DNA of 64,000 bases from Paraphysomonas bandaiensis (taxonomy: Eukaryota; Protista; Chrysophyceae), in assembly GCA_965644295.1 (NCBI GenBank), contig CBFFRP010000416.1, positions 30,060 to 94,059 of the forward strand. Direction: 5' to 3'. The position numbers and the translations under genes are program-made. The notes under the pieces were generated by a model, which saw only the letters and a list, made by a program, of their open reading frames with translations, did no database searches and was not told the DNA's origin. Shown piece by piece: positions 11,701 through 26,700 of this stretch (position 1 is its first letter; each line of letters starts with the position of its first letter).

Positions 11701-14700
11701 ACTCCTGTTCTATGTAATGCAACAGCCCCTTCAGAAACGAATGCAAGGTTTGCAACCGCCCCACATGCATATTGCGCAATCTCCGAGTATTCCTCAAACT
11801 GTCGAAGAACTCGAACAATTACATCACAAGCACCACATCGAATGAAGCGATGACTGCATGTTTCATTTCCAGCTAAGCAGAATATCGCACGACATGCAGA
11901 GTAAACCAGTGGCATATTATTCAGTCTTCGTTCCAAGCACGACACGACAATTTCACATGCACCCTCAACCATAAGTTTCTGGATATTTTCTGCATTTTCA
12001 GATGAAATTGATTTGCTATGTCGTGCTAACATTGCAATTGCATTCAAGGCAGCACCTTCCATTTCAGGACTAGACGACGCTGAGTCACCACCCATTCTCT
12101 GTAAGACAGACACAACTATACCACAAGAGTTGTTATCACCGAACTTTTCTTGGTTCGAAGAATTCCCGGTACACAAGCTTACCATTGCAAGCATGGCCAT
12201 TTTCGCTAAACTAACATTTCTATGTTCCAGTGATAGTGACATGACATTCGAGATTAATTCACATGCCCCACAATCGCCAAATACTGTGGCGCTCCTAGAC
12301 ATTCGCTTTCTGGACAAGAGAAAGATAACACTACAGGCATCTTCATTGATAACCATATTGCTAATATTAGCTTTAAGCACTGCTGTCAAGTATAAACATT
12401 CGTTGTTAAGAGGATCAAGACTATTTCCCTCTTCTTCACACGCATACATATCCCGAAGCAAACGTAAGCAAAACATTACCGTCATTGGGCGATTGCAAAA
12501 TTCATCGATTGACGCAACAACCAACTCTCGCACATCTAAAACTCGCAAGGAAGATATGGAACCCTTCTTATGACGTAGTAAACATATCAGCAACTTTGAT
12601 ATTGACATCGATACATCCGGGTTGTGACAATGGAAACGGAAACACGCAACAAGGACTTCTAGTGCACCTTCCCGACTAACTTTCTCGGTATTGGACACAC
12701 TGTCCGTGCAGAGTACACTCAATGCTGATGTTGCTGCAACTACAATATCAACATTTTCTTTATAATTTCTTAAAACTTTGACGATAGCATCGCACATGCC
12801 AATTTTGCCATACATCTCTTTATTTTCCTGAGAGTCAAAAGCAATGGCTGATACGGCTTCACACGAATTGATGCATGCCAGTTCACTATCTGCATTTTTC
12901 AGCATCACAATCTTAATTAATTCGCAGCCATCACCGCCACCAAAAAACCTTCGATTAAGAACTGTAATAGCAAGGGCTTTTACTGCAAGAAACAAAGCAG
13001 CAGCGACCTCCGAGTGATTCATATGACTTTCTAATGCCCTGAATATCATCAAACATAACTTCGTCTTCGCACATCGATCTGCGTTTACTGGGCAGTTGAG
13101 AGCAAAGCCCGCAACCGCCTCTGATGCTACTGTGACAAATCCTCTGTCGTCTTCGTACTGCTCAAACGCGATTGCAAGACCTTCGCAAACACCAGAAGCT
13201 CCTGCCGCAGACTTGGAGGATTCTGTGTGGATAATGCGAGACAAAAGACTACAACAAACTAATATCGCAGCGTAATCATTGATATGCACGCGCAGTCCTG
13301 TGACTACCAGGTCGAATACTGATGGATTCCCTAAGCGAATTCCGTTGGATGATTGCGCAGCAAGAGCTACCATTGCTGTCATGATATGTGTACATATTGC
13401 TGCACCTTTCAAATGAGAGCGAAGCGCAGAAACAAGAGCATCGCAAACACCTTCACTTCCCAGTTCTATCGAACAGCGCTCACTGTTATCAGCCAATGAT
13501 GTGACTGCAAGAGAAGCAGCTTGCACGATTGCTCGATCTGAAGAATGCGCGACTAAAACCCTTGCGAGCAATGCACTCACACCAGTCTCGCATAATATAC
13601 TAGCCTCTGTGTCTACTTTACCAAGCAGGGCAACTGCAGCGCACATATGACGCACAGAAGATTGCGACAAGTGTTGCTTCAAAGCCGATGTTGCACATTT
13701 ACTCATACCACACTGAATTAGCTGAGTAATATTTGAACTTCTTTTCATTAACACAACCGCTGTTTGACAGGCATATCCACACAACGCGGCATTGCTGTTG
13801 TGATGAGAAATAATACCTGTTATCATTTCACAAGCACCATTTTCACCGAAAGCGTCGGAGTTGACATCATCATTCGTGCTCAAAGCAGTAATAGCACGAC
13901 AACAATTTTCGGCGATTCCTATGCTATTGCAGTGAGCCTCGTAGGCACTTATCACATATTTAGCAACATTAGTTTTACTAAATAAAGATTTATTGTCACT
14001 AGATTTGTAGGCGATTCTAGACACTGCACCCATTATTCCTTCAGCGATGTTTTCAGCTTCAAAGTGCTTTTCTAGAGCAATGGATAAGCTTCGGCAAACG
14101 TCGTGAACGCCCAAGACTTCACGACTTGATTCGTCCATTGCAAGTGCGCAGAGTAGACGACAAACTTGTTCAACTACAACAGCTGAATCAACTTGAACAA
14201 CAAGTGCCTTGACAATTTCACCAGATGCGCCGAGAATCCTGCTCCTTTCGTGTGTATGGTCCGTAGAGGCATTGTTGAATAGATTAACCAGAGCTCCACA
14301 AGCCTCAGCAGTCACTTTCTCCGTGTGGACAAACCGGCGCAACATAGACAATACATGCTCAATCGCACCAAGGGAAACGAGTAGAGAACGGTTGTCTATG
14401 TTACATGACAAATTTCTTGTGGCTTTGCAGCAACAATGTGCTACCCGAACGTCGTTACTGAATATGTTTAAAGAATTTACAATAGTTTCGCAAGCTCCAC
14501 CAGTTCCGAGAATAACGGAAAGAGAATCATCCAACGATAAGACTGATATAATCATTCCAAATTTGGCAGCAATATCAGGGTTTTCGGAATACTTCCGTGC
14601 AATACCTAAAATTACTTCACAGAGACCAGCATCACGAAACATGTTGATGACAGAAGGAGCTTGCGCTGTAGAATTCAGCATACATGATATAATTGATGTC

Positions 14701-17700
14701 GCATTCTGCACAATAGACGATATCTTCATGTGTCGGCGTAAAGAAGACACAAGCATATCTGGCCAGCCACTTTTCACAAACTGAGCCGAAACGGTCGCAT
14801 CAATCACAAGCGCACTTACTGCACTCGAAATAGCTGAAACGGTTCGCTCATTTGATTCGAACCTCTTAAAAAGGTTTAACAGGACTATGGCAATATTGCT
14901 CTGCCCTAACCTGGCAATGGTTGTACGTAAAACAGCTACCCGCGAGATTACAGCACTCCCAGATACAACGACGTCAACTGGTAGATCTTCATGATCTTGA
15001 AGTGTATTAACAACAAGCTCACATATACCACCTTTGACAAACACATCCACCAATTCTTCGTCATGTATAATCAACAATTTGATGAGAGTGCAACAGCGTG
15101 CCACCGATTTATAATCCGACTTTGTAACTTTGAAAAGCTCGATCAATGCAGGCACGGTGCCGTTATCCACAAGCACCATAACATTGCGACCTGAAATAGC
15201 GAGTCTCTCCATCGCACCGACGATACTTACTGCCACATCTGACTCCATTGTGGCGTAACTCTCCAACAGTGACGGCAGCAATTGACAGGCTCCGAGCTCC
15301 GTCAAACGCAATCCCGATTCCGCATCTCCAGCAATTTTATCAAGAGCAATGCATGCTGCCTTTGTAACTCTTGGGTCCTTTTTCATAATCGATAAAGCCT
15401 TCATTAAAAACTTGTCTGTTTTAAGATTATAAAAAGCGTTTAAGTTATAAGAGTTCGGCTCTGACTCGCCATCCTGCCGACATAAAAAAGCCAGCGCTAG
15501 TAGCAGATACTCAAGAGTAGAACTACCCTTGAACATTCCGTTGAGTGCACTCGACACATGAACGCAGACGCCAGCCACACCAAACGCTTCCGCATTAGAA
15601 GCAGTACTCCTACACAGCATAAATATAGCCCGCGCACACGACATTGCAGTCTTTTCGTCATCATCATTGATAGCTGTGGACAATACTGCAGAAACAATCT
15701 CACAGCATCCCGCTAAACCAAAGGCAACGCAATTTTCACTGTCCACGGCAAGAGTATCTATCACCCGCAAGGAACAATGCACTACAGTAGATCCGTTCAC
15801 CGAGTTGGAATGCCTTCGAAACACACTTGCGACCGCAGTACATACTCCCGCGTCTCCCATCAGAGGAATGGTCTTTTCGTCTTCGCATATCGTCTCTATA
15901 GCACTTAGAATTTGAACTATCGCGGCTTCAGCACCAATGTGCTTACGAAGAAGCGTCGCACACAGCTCGCAAACCCCAAGATCAATCAGTATTCGAGTAT
16001 TCTCTCTATTTTTAACTAATAGTTTTACAACAGCCACACAATTTTGCTCAGTTGCACTTGGATTGTCCATACCACGTCTCAAGGCCTTCACCACTGCTTC
16101 AGAGGCAGAGCGAAGCCCAATATCAGCACGGGTTGCTTTATCTGTAATTATAACTTGCAATGCTTTTGATATGTCCTGTGCCGCCTCTGCATCGTTTTCA
16201 AAATGCTGTAAGGCGTCAACAAGTAGATCTTGCATTCCCAAGGACGAAAATATTTCAATGCTGTCGTCACAATTCAGCGCAAGTAGTCGAACGACAGCAC
16301 ATGCTTGAGATACAATCGCAGCATGACAGGGAAATAATTTTATCACGGCAGTCATACTCTCACATGCATTAGCACGATATACTCGAAAACAGTTTTCAGA
16401 GGAGTGGTCAGACAATTGTCTAACAACTTCACACACAAGCTGTGTCATATCAGCATCACACTGCTCCATCCACATAGGCAAAATTGCTTCTAACATTGTT
16501 ACGTCAATACCACTTTCTTCCAATACTGCAGAGCAGCTGTCTGTGCATTGAGTCAACGCTTTCACAGCTTCCAATATGCTTCGTAGCACGCGCTTTTCAG
16601 AACACGCATATATTTTCAATGATGATGCTACAAAATCACATATTCCTAGTTGACACATGAGAGTTCTGAAGGAATCGTCATTGGCTATGTTTTTAATAGC
16701 GCAACAAACACTCGCGACAGCAGTGGGACAATCAGCATATAAAGACGTGGCTTTACCTATAAAACTTACAATTTGCAGTTCTCTCAGTAATTCAAGGTTA
16801 GACTCAGCAATGCATAGGTTAGCAACTACATTAGAAGCCGCTTCGATAATGTCTTGGTCGTTTATGTGATTCTCAAACACAGACACCACAGTCTCACATG
16901 CCCCAACTGCACCCAGATGGGAAACATGTTCCGTATTACTATCGCATGAGATACCATACATTGCATGTATTCCAGCCCGAGCAGAGTCCACACAAGAAGA
17001 GCAATTTCGAAGAGTTGAAGTGACAGCGGCATAAGCTCCAGCCAAACGCATCTGTTCCACATTCTCAAAACATACTGTCTCATAATCTCTGGAATGTTTA
17101 CACAAAAGACTGATAACCCATAGGGCAGCTTCTTCAGTCGATTCTGACATCCGGGCCCAGCCGGAGAGAATCGAGACGACCAATTCGCATGTCGCACCGT
17201 TTCGACCAAAAGCAATTTGGTTCCCAGAATTTGAACGTATTAAGCTAGCAATAGCATACGCAACCGTCTCCGTTGCATCAATATCCAATGCACTAGATGC
17301 AACCCGCAAAACATTGACAACCAAATCACACACACCTAGCTTTCCAAGAACTTCGGAAGTAGACTGTAGACCGACCATGACAACTATTAAACTACAAGCG
17401 GACTTCGAAACATCCAAATTGGATTCATCATCACTATATCTCTCCAACACCATATATATGTGTTCTTGTCCCTCACACTCAGAGAAAAAAGACATGTTAC
17501 TCGTATTCCCAACACATAAACTAATTAGTGCTCTCAATATCTCACAAACTACGAATGCTTTAGACAAATGCACTCGAATCGCACCAACGAGCGCCCGGCA
17601 TACACCTTCTCGACCAAGAGTATCTTGGTATTGAGAACGCTGAGGAACGTTTTCACTTGTGAGAGCTTGCACCATTTTGGAAAAGGAAATCATTACATCT

Positions 17701-20700
17701 TCCAAACAACCAAATTTATTTGCAGCTTCTACCATGGAGGCAAAAGCTCCAGAAATCGCAATCTTAGTCATATTATCGGGGTCCATACATAGACTATGCA
17801 TAAAATATAGCGCATGGACACTCGATTCACCTTCATTCTCCATAACATAAGACCTGAGAGTAGATGTAACAATTTCGCAAGCTCCTGTAACACCAAATCT
17901 GGAGGCAGAGGATGGAACGATCTCAATTACACTTCCTACCAGTTTGAAAACGGCCCCATGAATGTCCTTGTCATGGGGATACGCATCTAAAGTATGTATC
18001 ACAACATCACATAATCCACACTCAAATAATTCCAGAGCTATCTCTAAACTGTCATTCAACAACGCACATAATGTACAAAAGGCCTCAACAATAACACTTT
18101 TGTGAAGTAAGTGTGTTGTTATCGCAGTGCAAATACTCTGATTCGCGCCTATCGAAAAGAATCGTTTTGTATTATCAATTTCAGAAGACAAGCCACTTAT
18201 CGCATTACACGCAGCCTCGACTACGTGTGGGTTTTTCATTTGTTCGTGAAGTGCCGAGCATACAGTTTCACAGGCACCAACTGCCCCAAGCGCAGTTGAG
18301 CTAGATTTGTGTTGTTGACACATGTTAGCTATCGTTCGGAAACTGACTTGAAGTATATCAGGATCTGATAGATGTCCTTTCACAGTGTCTACCAAAGTGC
18401 GACAAGAGCTGAGAGGAATTTTAGCATCTCCATCGGACCCTTCGGGAAGAGACAAACTCCACAAGGCTCCGCAACCAAGTTTCGATATATCTTCACGACT
18501 GTGGAACACTTTTAAGGCTCGCTCTACCCTTTCAACAGCATGGAGAGAACGTAACTTCTGTCGACATGCTGGACAATTAGAAGCCAGGTGCCATATTGCA
18601 CCACAACACACTCTCACAACACTAGGTTGATCAGCCCACACATCTATTGCACTGACGATGGTGCTCATAACGGTAGTAGCAGCAAACTTTTCTTTGCTCA
18701 TATCGTTGTCAATACAAAGAAACCAAACACATTCAATTGCGATTTCACATCGCTTTACATCCCCCTCAACAATATTGAGATAGGTCACCAGCATCTCACA
18801 TACTCCTGACAGCGCAAATGCCGACGAACTGTCTATGTTGCTTTTCGACATGTCACGGATTGCAGTCACAGCATGTGTACAAACTGTATTATCGCTTCCC
18901 AGATTCCACTGCAAAACTGTCGATACAGCCTTTGGGGCATCCGCATCGCTGAGAAGTATTGTGTTGCCGTGGGAGCTATTGACTAATAGACAAATAGCTT
19001 TACAAGCCAACACGGACACTGCTGGCGATTTGAAATGATTGTGAATTATGAAGACAATCAAATCACTAATTCCGCACGCACCCCATACTTCACTCTGCAA
19101 TGCATCTGTTTCAATAGAGGCTATGACAGCGTTTAAAACCTGTTCTGCAAGACCAATTGAGCTACCAAACATCTTCCCATTCGCAATTATAACATCGTAG
19201 ACCTCTGCACTCTGTAAATGAGAAGAGTAGTTCCCATGAGTAAAGAACACAGCAATAATTCCAACGCAACACTCAATTACAAACGAATTAGCCAAACTAT
19301 ATACAGTCAAGCCCTTCAAAACTGTATCTACTGCACCACATGATCCAAGACACGACAGATTTCGTTCACTATGATAAGCTAGAGCCATAACGACTGCGAA
19401 TCCACTGGCGGCAACATCAAGGGCATCCAAATGTTTATTAAGGGTGTCAATACATGTACTGCAATGATCATTGCTGGATAGTTTCTCAATATTGGTTACA
19501 TCACCAAACTGGACAAGCTTTCGTAGTACAAACAAGCCATCGATACAAATATCAACATCAGTAGCATACTTGCGTATGCATTCAATTATTGCTATTGTCG
19601 ACTCACATGAACTCAATTCTACTTTTCCTTCAATTTCGTAGGCAAAAATAGACAGGAGTGTCAATGACGAGAACACTGTCTCCCGAATAGAGTGATACTG
19701 TTTGAATACTGAGAAAACAATCTTAACAGCCCCCAGTGATACCAATCTTAATACAATAGTCCTATCAACAGTACTTCCTTGAACCCGGGCAAGACCATAC
19801 AGAGCCTGACAAACACTGTCACACACATCAGATCTCATTGTGACATAACTGGAGAGCAGACGGACAAGTAACTCGCACATTCCCGCATCGATGATTATAG
19901 ACGATAGTAAACGTGAATGCGATAACGCCTTAACCATTAGACATAGTGATATAGTAGCTGAAAAATCTTTATCATGCAAGCTAAAAGCTTGAAGCAATTG
20001 CTCTACAAAGTCACCACTCTCCAGTTCCATTAAATTACCAGCATATCCAGTACAAAGTGCTTCAATCGAATCAAAGAGGGCAGCAATTGCATCAGCACTA
20101 GACATGTGGAAACTAACAGCCTCACAGAGTATAGAACAAAGTCCCATTGAGCAAAAAGTTTCCGCGATAGATGCTACCTCTCGTACCAGAGAAGATACTC
20201 CATGGCAGGCTTGGATAACGACGCCTTTGTCATTCATATGAGTTCTTAGCGAATCTATCAGGGTCTTAACTACATGTCCCGTCACCTGTTGATCAGTATC
20301 CCCGGCCTTAGAGTCGTCGGTAGAGAGCGTTAATAACCACAGTATCGAAGCCAGTACTTCACCATCTGCGTTATATTTTTCCTTCAAAGCGCCAAGGAGA
20401 GTTTTTAGCTTCATAGTATCCATGGTACTATGACTGCTAATTGCAAATCGAATTGAATTGAATGCATGGCAAATTGCAATTACGACGTCGCGACTGTCTT
20501 GATGCAACGACAGGAGGTTTAACAATACTGTACACCCTGAATTTTCAACAACATATCCAGCGTTAGACTCATTTTCACGACAGAGAGCTGATAAAGCAGT
20601 ACACACAGCGGTAACTACATCTACAACACAGTCCGTAGCTCTAATAATTTCCATTAAATTTAGACAGCACTCTTCACCAAATCGTGACCCATTAGCTGGA

Positions 20701-23700
20701 CAAGTCATCATGCTCTTGATGGTCGATGATATTGAACATATTAAAATGTCATGATTTCGGTATGACAGGAGAGCATTTGTCAATATGTCGCATATGCCAT
20801 GAGAGCCCATTCTTTCGCTAGCAACAATAGAACTGGAGCACAAGCTGGATACTGCCACACATAGCCTTTGGTATACGTGAGATGATTCTACATACGCCAC
20901 CATCCGCGAAGCGAGAAGTGTGTATAGCTTACTACTTTCGGAGAACTTGTAACCTGACGCTGACACAGCGGCTATACTTCCACTGACGGCACTCAATACA
21001 ATTGGTTTGTCCGAGAAATTTTCAATTGCTGTAGAGAAAGTATTTTCGAAACGACAGTCCTCTACAAACAAGGGAAGAACACTGGAACTATCCATCTCAA
21101 ATAACGATGTGACACATTTAAACATATTGATTGTTGTTTTTACACATGAACCATGAGTTTCCGAAATTACCATAAGAGCAGAACATACACCACATTGAGC
21201 AAAAAATTGAACATTAGATAAATTCGATCTCGTAACAGACTCTATCGCAGCGCACGCGGCGGTAGCCACGACAGAATTACTGATGTACATGTTCATGCAT
21301 TGAACTAATATTTCACGGGCTGAATGCGTCCTGAAAAAAGATTCATTAACACTGTACCGGCATAGACTTGCAACAGCATAACACGCTGCAGCACACACAC
21401 CAGAGGAATACAAGAGCGCAGTCATATCTTCCGTGTGTTTTTTCAATGTATCAACAACAAAACGAGGGACACAGGAGGTAGACAAAAGAGAAACACACTG
21501 CGAACTGCTTTCTGTCAAAGAAGTAACAACCTCGCAAATTACATGAGCTGTATCATCGCTATTTACTTCACAAAGCTTTACAATCCGATCTACGAATCCA
21601 TCTTCAATAAACTTCTCCGCATTGATTTGGTTTTTGGTGACCAATGCACCTACAGTACGAAATGCAGCAACATATACATCCATATTTGAGACGTAAAATG
21701 TCAGTACCATTGAAACAGAGTCACATATGCCAACATTAGACAGAAGCGCTTGTGCATCAGAGTTTGCGTCCGAAACAATTCGAATAACGCGCAAACATGC
21801 CATTACCACATCTTGATGCTCAATAAAATTCCGAAGTGTATGATTCAGTAATTCACCGCATGACTTTTCAGCAATTTCAGAGCAGCATCCTGGGTCGTTT
21901 TGGCACATCGATTCCAGCAAAACTAACCCACGATATAGTACCGACGCACAAGTTGGATGTTTCTCCAATACGGATACAACACATGCACCTACTCCTTGCT
22001 TTGCTAGGTCTTCCTGAATTGCAATGAGATGAGATACACTTATCATAGCCTCCAAAGCCGCGAGAACAACATCTTCATGCTGTGAATGCATGGCGAGTAA
22101 GGTCAAAATTTTATGAACTGTCCCGCATTCATTTAGTAGTGACGAGGCTTTAGTGTTGCTACTTAAACCATAGACAGCATTACACCAGGACAAAGAGGCT
22201 TCGGGACCCATATCATGTCTATCACTTGCAGAATTCACAATATATTCACCAATTCTTAATGCCAGCAGGCGGTTTACACATTCTTCAGAGCTGCACAATC
22301 CAGCAACAGCAGTAGATATAATATGAACAGCATTTATATCCGGCCCCTTACTTGTCATCAGGAACTGCAACGCTTCGCATACCCCTCTTGACATGAGTTT
22401 ATCGCAATTGTCAGATACTGAAGTACACATGTTGGCAACTAGCAAACAGAGCAACGAGAGTACGCAATCATTCTCACTATATTTATATAAACCAGCTATG
22501 GCTGCATCACTCACACCACTGTCAGTAACTGAGCATTTAAAAGCATTGTCACCAATCAGCAGGCTACATAAAACCGCACAACAGTTTTCCAAAATATCAA
22601 CATTGCTAAAGAAATGAAGGAATATAGCTGAAAACAAGTCATATCCAGCTGATTCTCTCAAACGCGTTACGTTTCCTTCATGACCACCCGCAAGATTTCG
22701 AGCAGCCATACATCCTGACATTACCACTATTTCAGATTCACTGTGACAACGAAGCATATCAATGATAAGTTCACATGCCCCACTCACTCCAAAAGTTGAT
22801 TTATTGAGCACATGATTCGCAGAGAGTGAGCAAATTGTTCGACATGCCATTTTACAAAAGTTTGGATTATCAGTATGAGTAGCTATCGCATCACATATGG
22901 CGTGGCAAGCCCCAGCCTGCCCATAACGCGACTGATCGGCCTCTGATTTCGTTGCCATTGCACATATTGCCTCGCAAGCATTGTACGCAATATCTACCCT
23001 GGTAGTGTGTCTTCTCAAAATAGAAATGATAACTTCACAAATACCTAATTTTCGCAACTTCGATGCGGTCGTGCCTTTATTGTACTCAAGCAATCGGGAT
23101 ATTGTAATGCACCCTGTGCTAGAAAACTCAGGGTTTACTTTCTTTTCGTCCATAATATTCACCAGCAATATAGAATACTCGGTGTTGTCGACAGCTGCAG
23201 CAACAGTTTCCCCTCCGAACTCAAGAAGTGTAGAAAGCACTTTACATGCATTTAGACAAGCATCCTCAGAGAGAGCTTTTCCGCTGTGCAGTCGAAAAGC
23301 ATCCACCAGTGGTATGATGCTATCTAAAGAACTGTATACTGTACAAGTTTCAACGGATGACAATAGCACCAGCTCGGCTAGAGCACATGCGTGCTCTACA
23401 GCAGCAGCAGATCGAGTGTGCTTGGATATTAGAGTTGTAAGTAGAGTGCACATTTCCGTCATATTAAAACTCGCGAACAGAGTTGCTGAACATGAAAGTA
23501 AGTAATATAAGATATTACAACCGCTGCAGCATATTTCTACATTGTTAAGGTTATTCAGCAACTGTGCCAAGATAACTCGACCAGCTCCTGCCTCAACAAA
23601 TCTCTCAGTTGTAACATTAACATAAAGAGTGTGTGCTCTCCCATGTTGACATAAGGCAACCATCGCACTTAAGACGGCTGCAACTACAACAGGACTACAG

Positions 23701-26700
23701 CTCCACTTATGCAACATGTCAACCAGCACTTCACATGTACCATGAGTGCCAAATTCCAATTGGTTTGCTACATTCCCGATAGAAAGGCTTACTATTGCTG
23801 CAAGTGATGACAGCACAACTGTTTCGTCATCATTTGTGTTCGCAGATGACAATGTTTGCAGCACACTGAAGCACGTGTTCTCACTGCCCATACGCAGCGA
23901 GTTTTCTCTATTAGTCGAAGTTAGACTCATAATTGCTCCGGACACTGCCGCAGCTACACCACTATTTGTCATATGCTCTTCTAATATACTGGTTACAATT
24001 TCACAAGCGCCTTTTCCACCAAATATCCCGCTATTTTCGTCACAATCAGATGACAAATTCTGTATAGCTAAGCAGGCGTTACGCGCAACATCAGCACTAT
24101 TTGAATGCACAGCGAGGAGGGACAATATTCGCTCACATGTGCCTGCTCTACCTATTTTGATTTTATTGCTCTTGCAGTAAGCTAATCCAGAGATAGCTAA
24201 GCATGCATTGGATACAGCCACCGGGTCGCAGAAGTGCACATTCAACCCATTACACACAGCCTCGCAAACACCATGCGAACCAAATATCATTGCAGCATCA
24301 ATATTGCCTTGAACCAAAGAGAATACTGCATGACATGCCTCCTGATAAACCTCCGTACACTCAGAATGCTGCTTCAAGGCACTAACCATCGTTGAACATA
24401 CATCCATGTCTATGAAAGCTGACTGATTAATAGTGCGCCGTGAATCATCAATTGCAGTAAAAAAACTTATCAGCATTCGAAAACAAGATACACATATCGC
24501 ATCTGAATCAACAAACCTCTTCAAAATAGATAGAATATTGCTCTTAATAGTTCCCCCATCTAGCATTGCTGACATCACCGAAGCTGATTCCATAATTCTG
24601 CATAATACACCACTACATTGGACCATTACATCTCGTACATTCGAAAACTCTGTGAAAAACTTGAGAATTAGGAGAGGGAGTCCTTCATTTTCGAGATTCG
24701 AGCGCCCACTATCGTTGAGCACCAGGTGTTTGGCTGCAGCACATCCCGCTTCCACCACATTTTCGAAGTCCCCAAACCTCTTCAAGCAATTACACACAGC
24801 CTTCGCACCTCCAGCTTTAATCAAAAGTGGAAGATTTTGGGATTGTTCACTGAGGTCGGGGCACGGCATACTCAAATAATAAATGCACCAGATCAGCTGT
24901 GTCTTGACTGAAATATCATTAGTAGTCCAACTGCTGAGTGTACCAAGCACAACACTCTCACAGGCTCCCAGTAATCCAAACGCTTTCTGTATACGGGAAC
25001 CGGCAGAAAGCATTGAGCACATAGCTAAAGAAGAGGATAGACATAACTCTGAGTTACTATCCGCATACGAGAGTTGCATAGCGGTTAATAACACTGCACA
25101 CCCATCTGCTTCCACACATCGCATTACATTGTCGATATTTCTATCACACAAAGAAGCTAGAGTACGACAAAGCAGCGCGGCGTAGGCGGGATCCGTCTGG
25201 GAGGTTCTCAAATTTCGAACAAGCAGCTGGCATATTCCCACAGAGCCCAAGGAATCACAAACACCATGTTCAGTATGTAACGACAAAACTGCCCCGACTG
25301 TACCAATAATATCACTACATACTGCTGGTTCATTGGAATGGAGGGCTAACGCTTGTGTCAATGCAAAGCACACTTCTGTGATATCAGACAAGGAGTAGAA
25401 ATCAATTAATTTCCGCAGTCCAGTACATAACCACTGGACAATATCTCCTTGATCGTTGAACGCTCGAATTCCATTCAGTACATATTGAGAAAAGCGTGAG
25501 TCCCGGACTTGCGACAGGACAGATGGATTCGATTGTACCAGATCATTCAATACCATAACGCCGTGAACGAGTACTTCCTTGTGTTCAGAATGGGAGTCCA
25601 ACGTCCGAACAAGATTCGAAAAAAAATTAGATTGAATAAGCGATAAGTCATTGGATACATGTCTAAGCATATTCTGCAGAGCTGAGCATACATGCACTAT
25701 ACAATTATAGTCGCTATAGTAACTTTCTAAAATACTTAACAAAAGCATATCCGTCCCCAATGCAACAAATTCAATTGCAATGCGAGCGTCATGGACAAGG
25801 GTTGCAATACATGAACATGCTGACTCACGCACAGCATGAATATCCGAGTTATTCTTTAATAAACCAGTGAGCAACCGCACGCGGGACTGATCAAAGTGAT
25901 CACGATAACGATCTAGCCTCGAGAAAATACTCACAACATTCAGTGCATCGCAAACAGCATCACAAATTTCATCGCTTCTAGCAGTGTCACTGGTATCCAT
26001 TTCAGAAATTTGAGCCATCAGCAAACGCTGTATGTCTATATCTAAAAATTTGTTAACAATTTCATTGTGGAAGTCATCATCAATGGTACTACATAGGTTG
26101 CAGACACATCGAAAGAGAACAGAGCAATAGCGCGGTTTTTTTGAATATTTTAAAAGTGCTGCAATAATTATTTCGTGGATGTTCATTTGTATAAATAGTT
26201 CGCGATTTTCACGGCAGTTGACTGTGAAGGCACAAAAACTCGTGCATATCGTTTCCACAATGGCTGATTGCGTTGACAAGTCATATTTACTGGAAAAAAC
26301 TTCTTCTAGCACACTTGGGAGTTTTCGACAAGCCCCCCTTTCTCTCAATATATCAGAGGCAGTCTGACAGCATTCAATTAGTTCATGCATAGCCAGAAAT
26401 GTAAGAGCCCTATCTACGACGTCCTGAAATTCGTCAAGAGTCTCACAAAGTGTTGCACATATGGAGTCATCAAATCCACTCCAAATGGCAATGACAGATA
26501 ACGCTGCACGTAGTACACAAGGTTTACCACGAGATGTCTCCATGGCAACCCTCACTGAGTCCCTCACATACTGGCTTGAGATATCATCACAACTTGCTAA
26601 ATTGAGTCTTCCCAGAGCATACATCGCGTGCTCCTGTACCATAGATGAACTGGAATACATTTTTAGCAATCGAACAATGGTCGAACACGCATCACTTTCG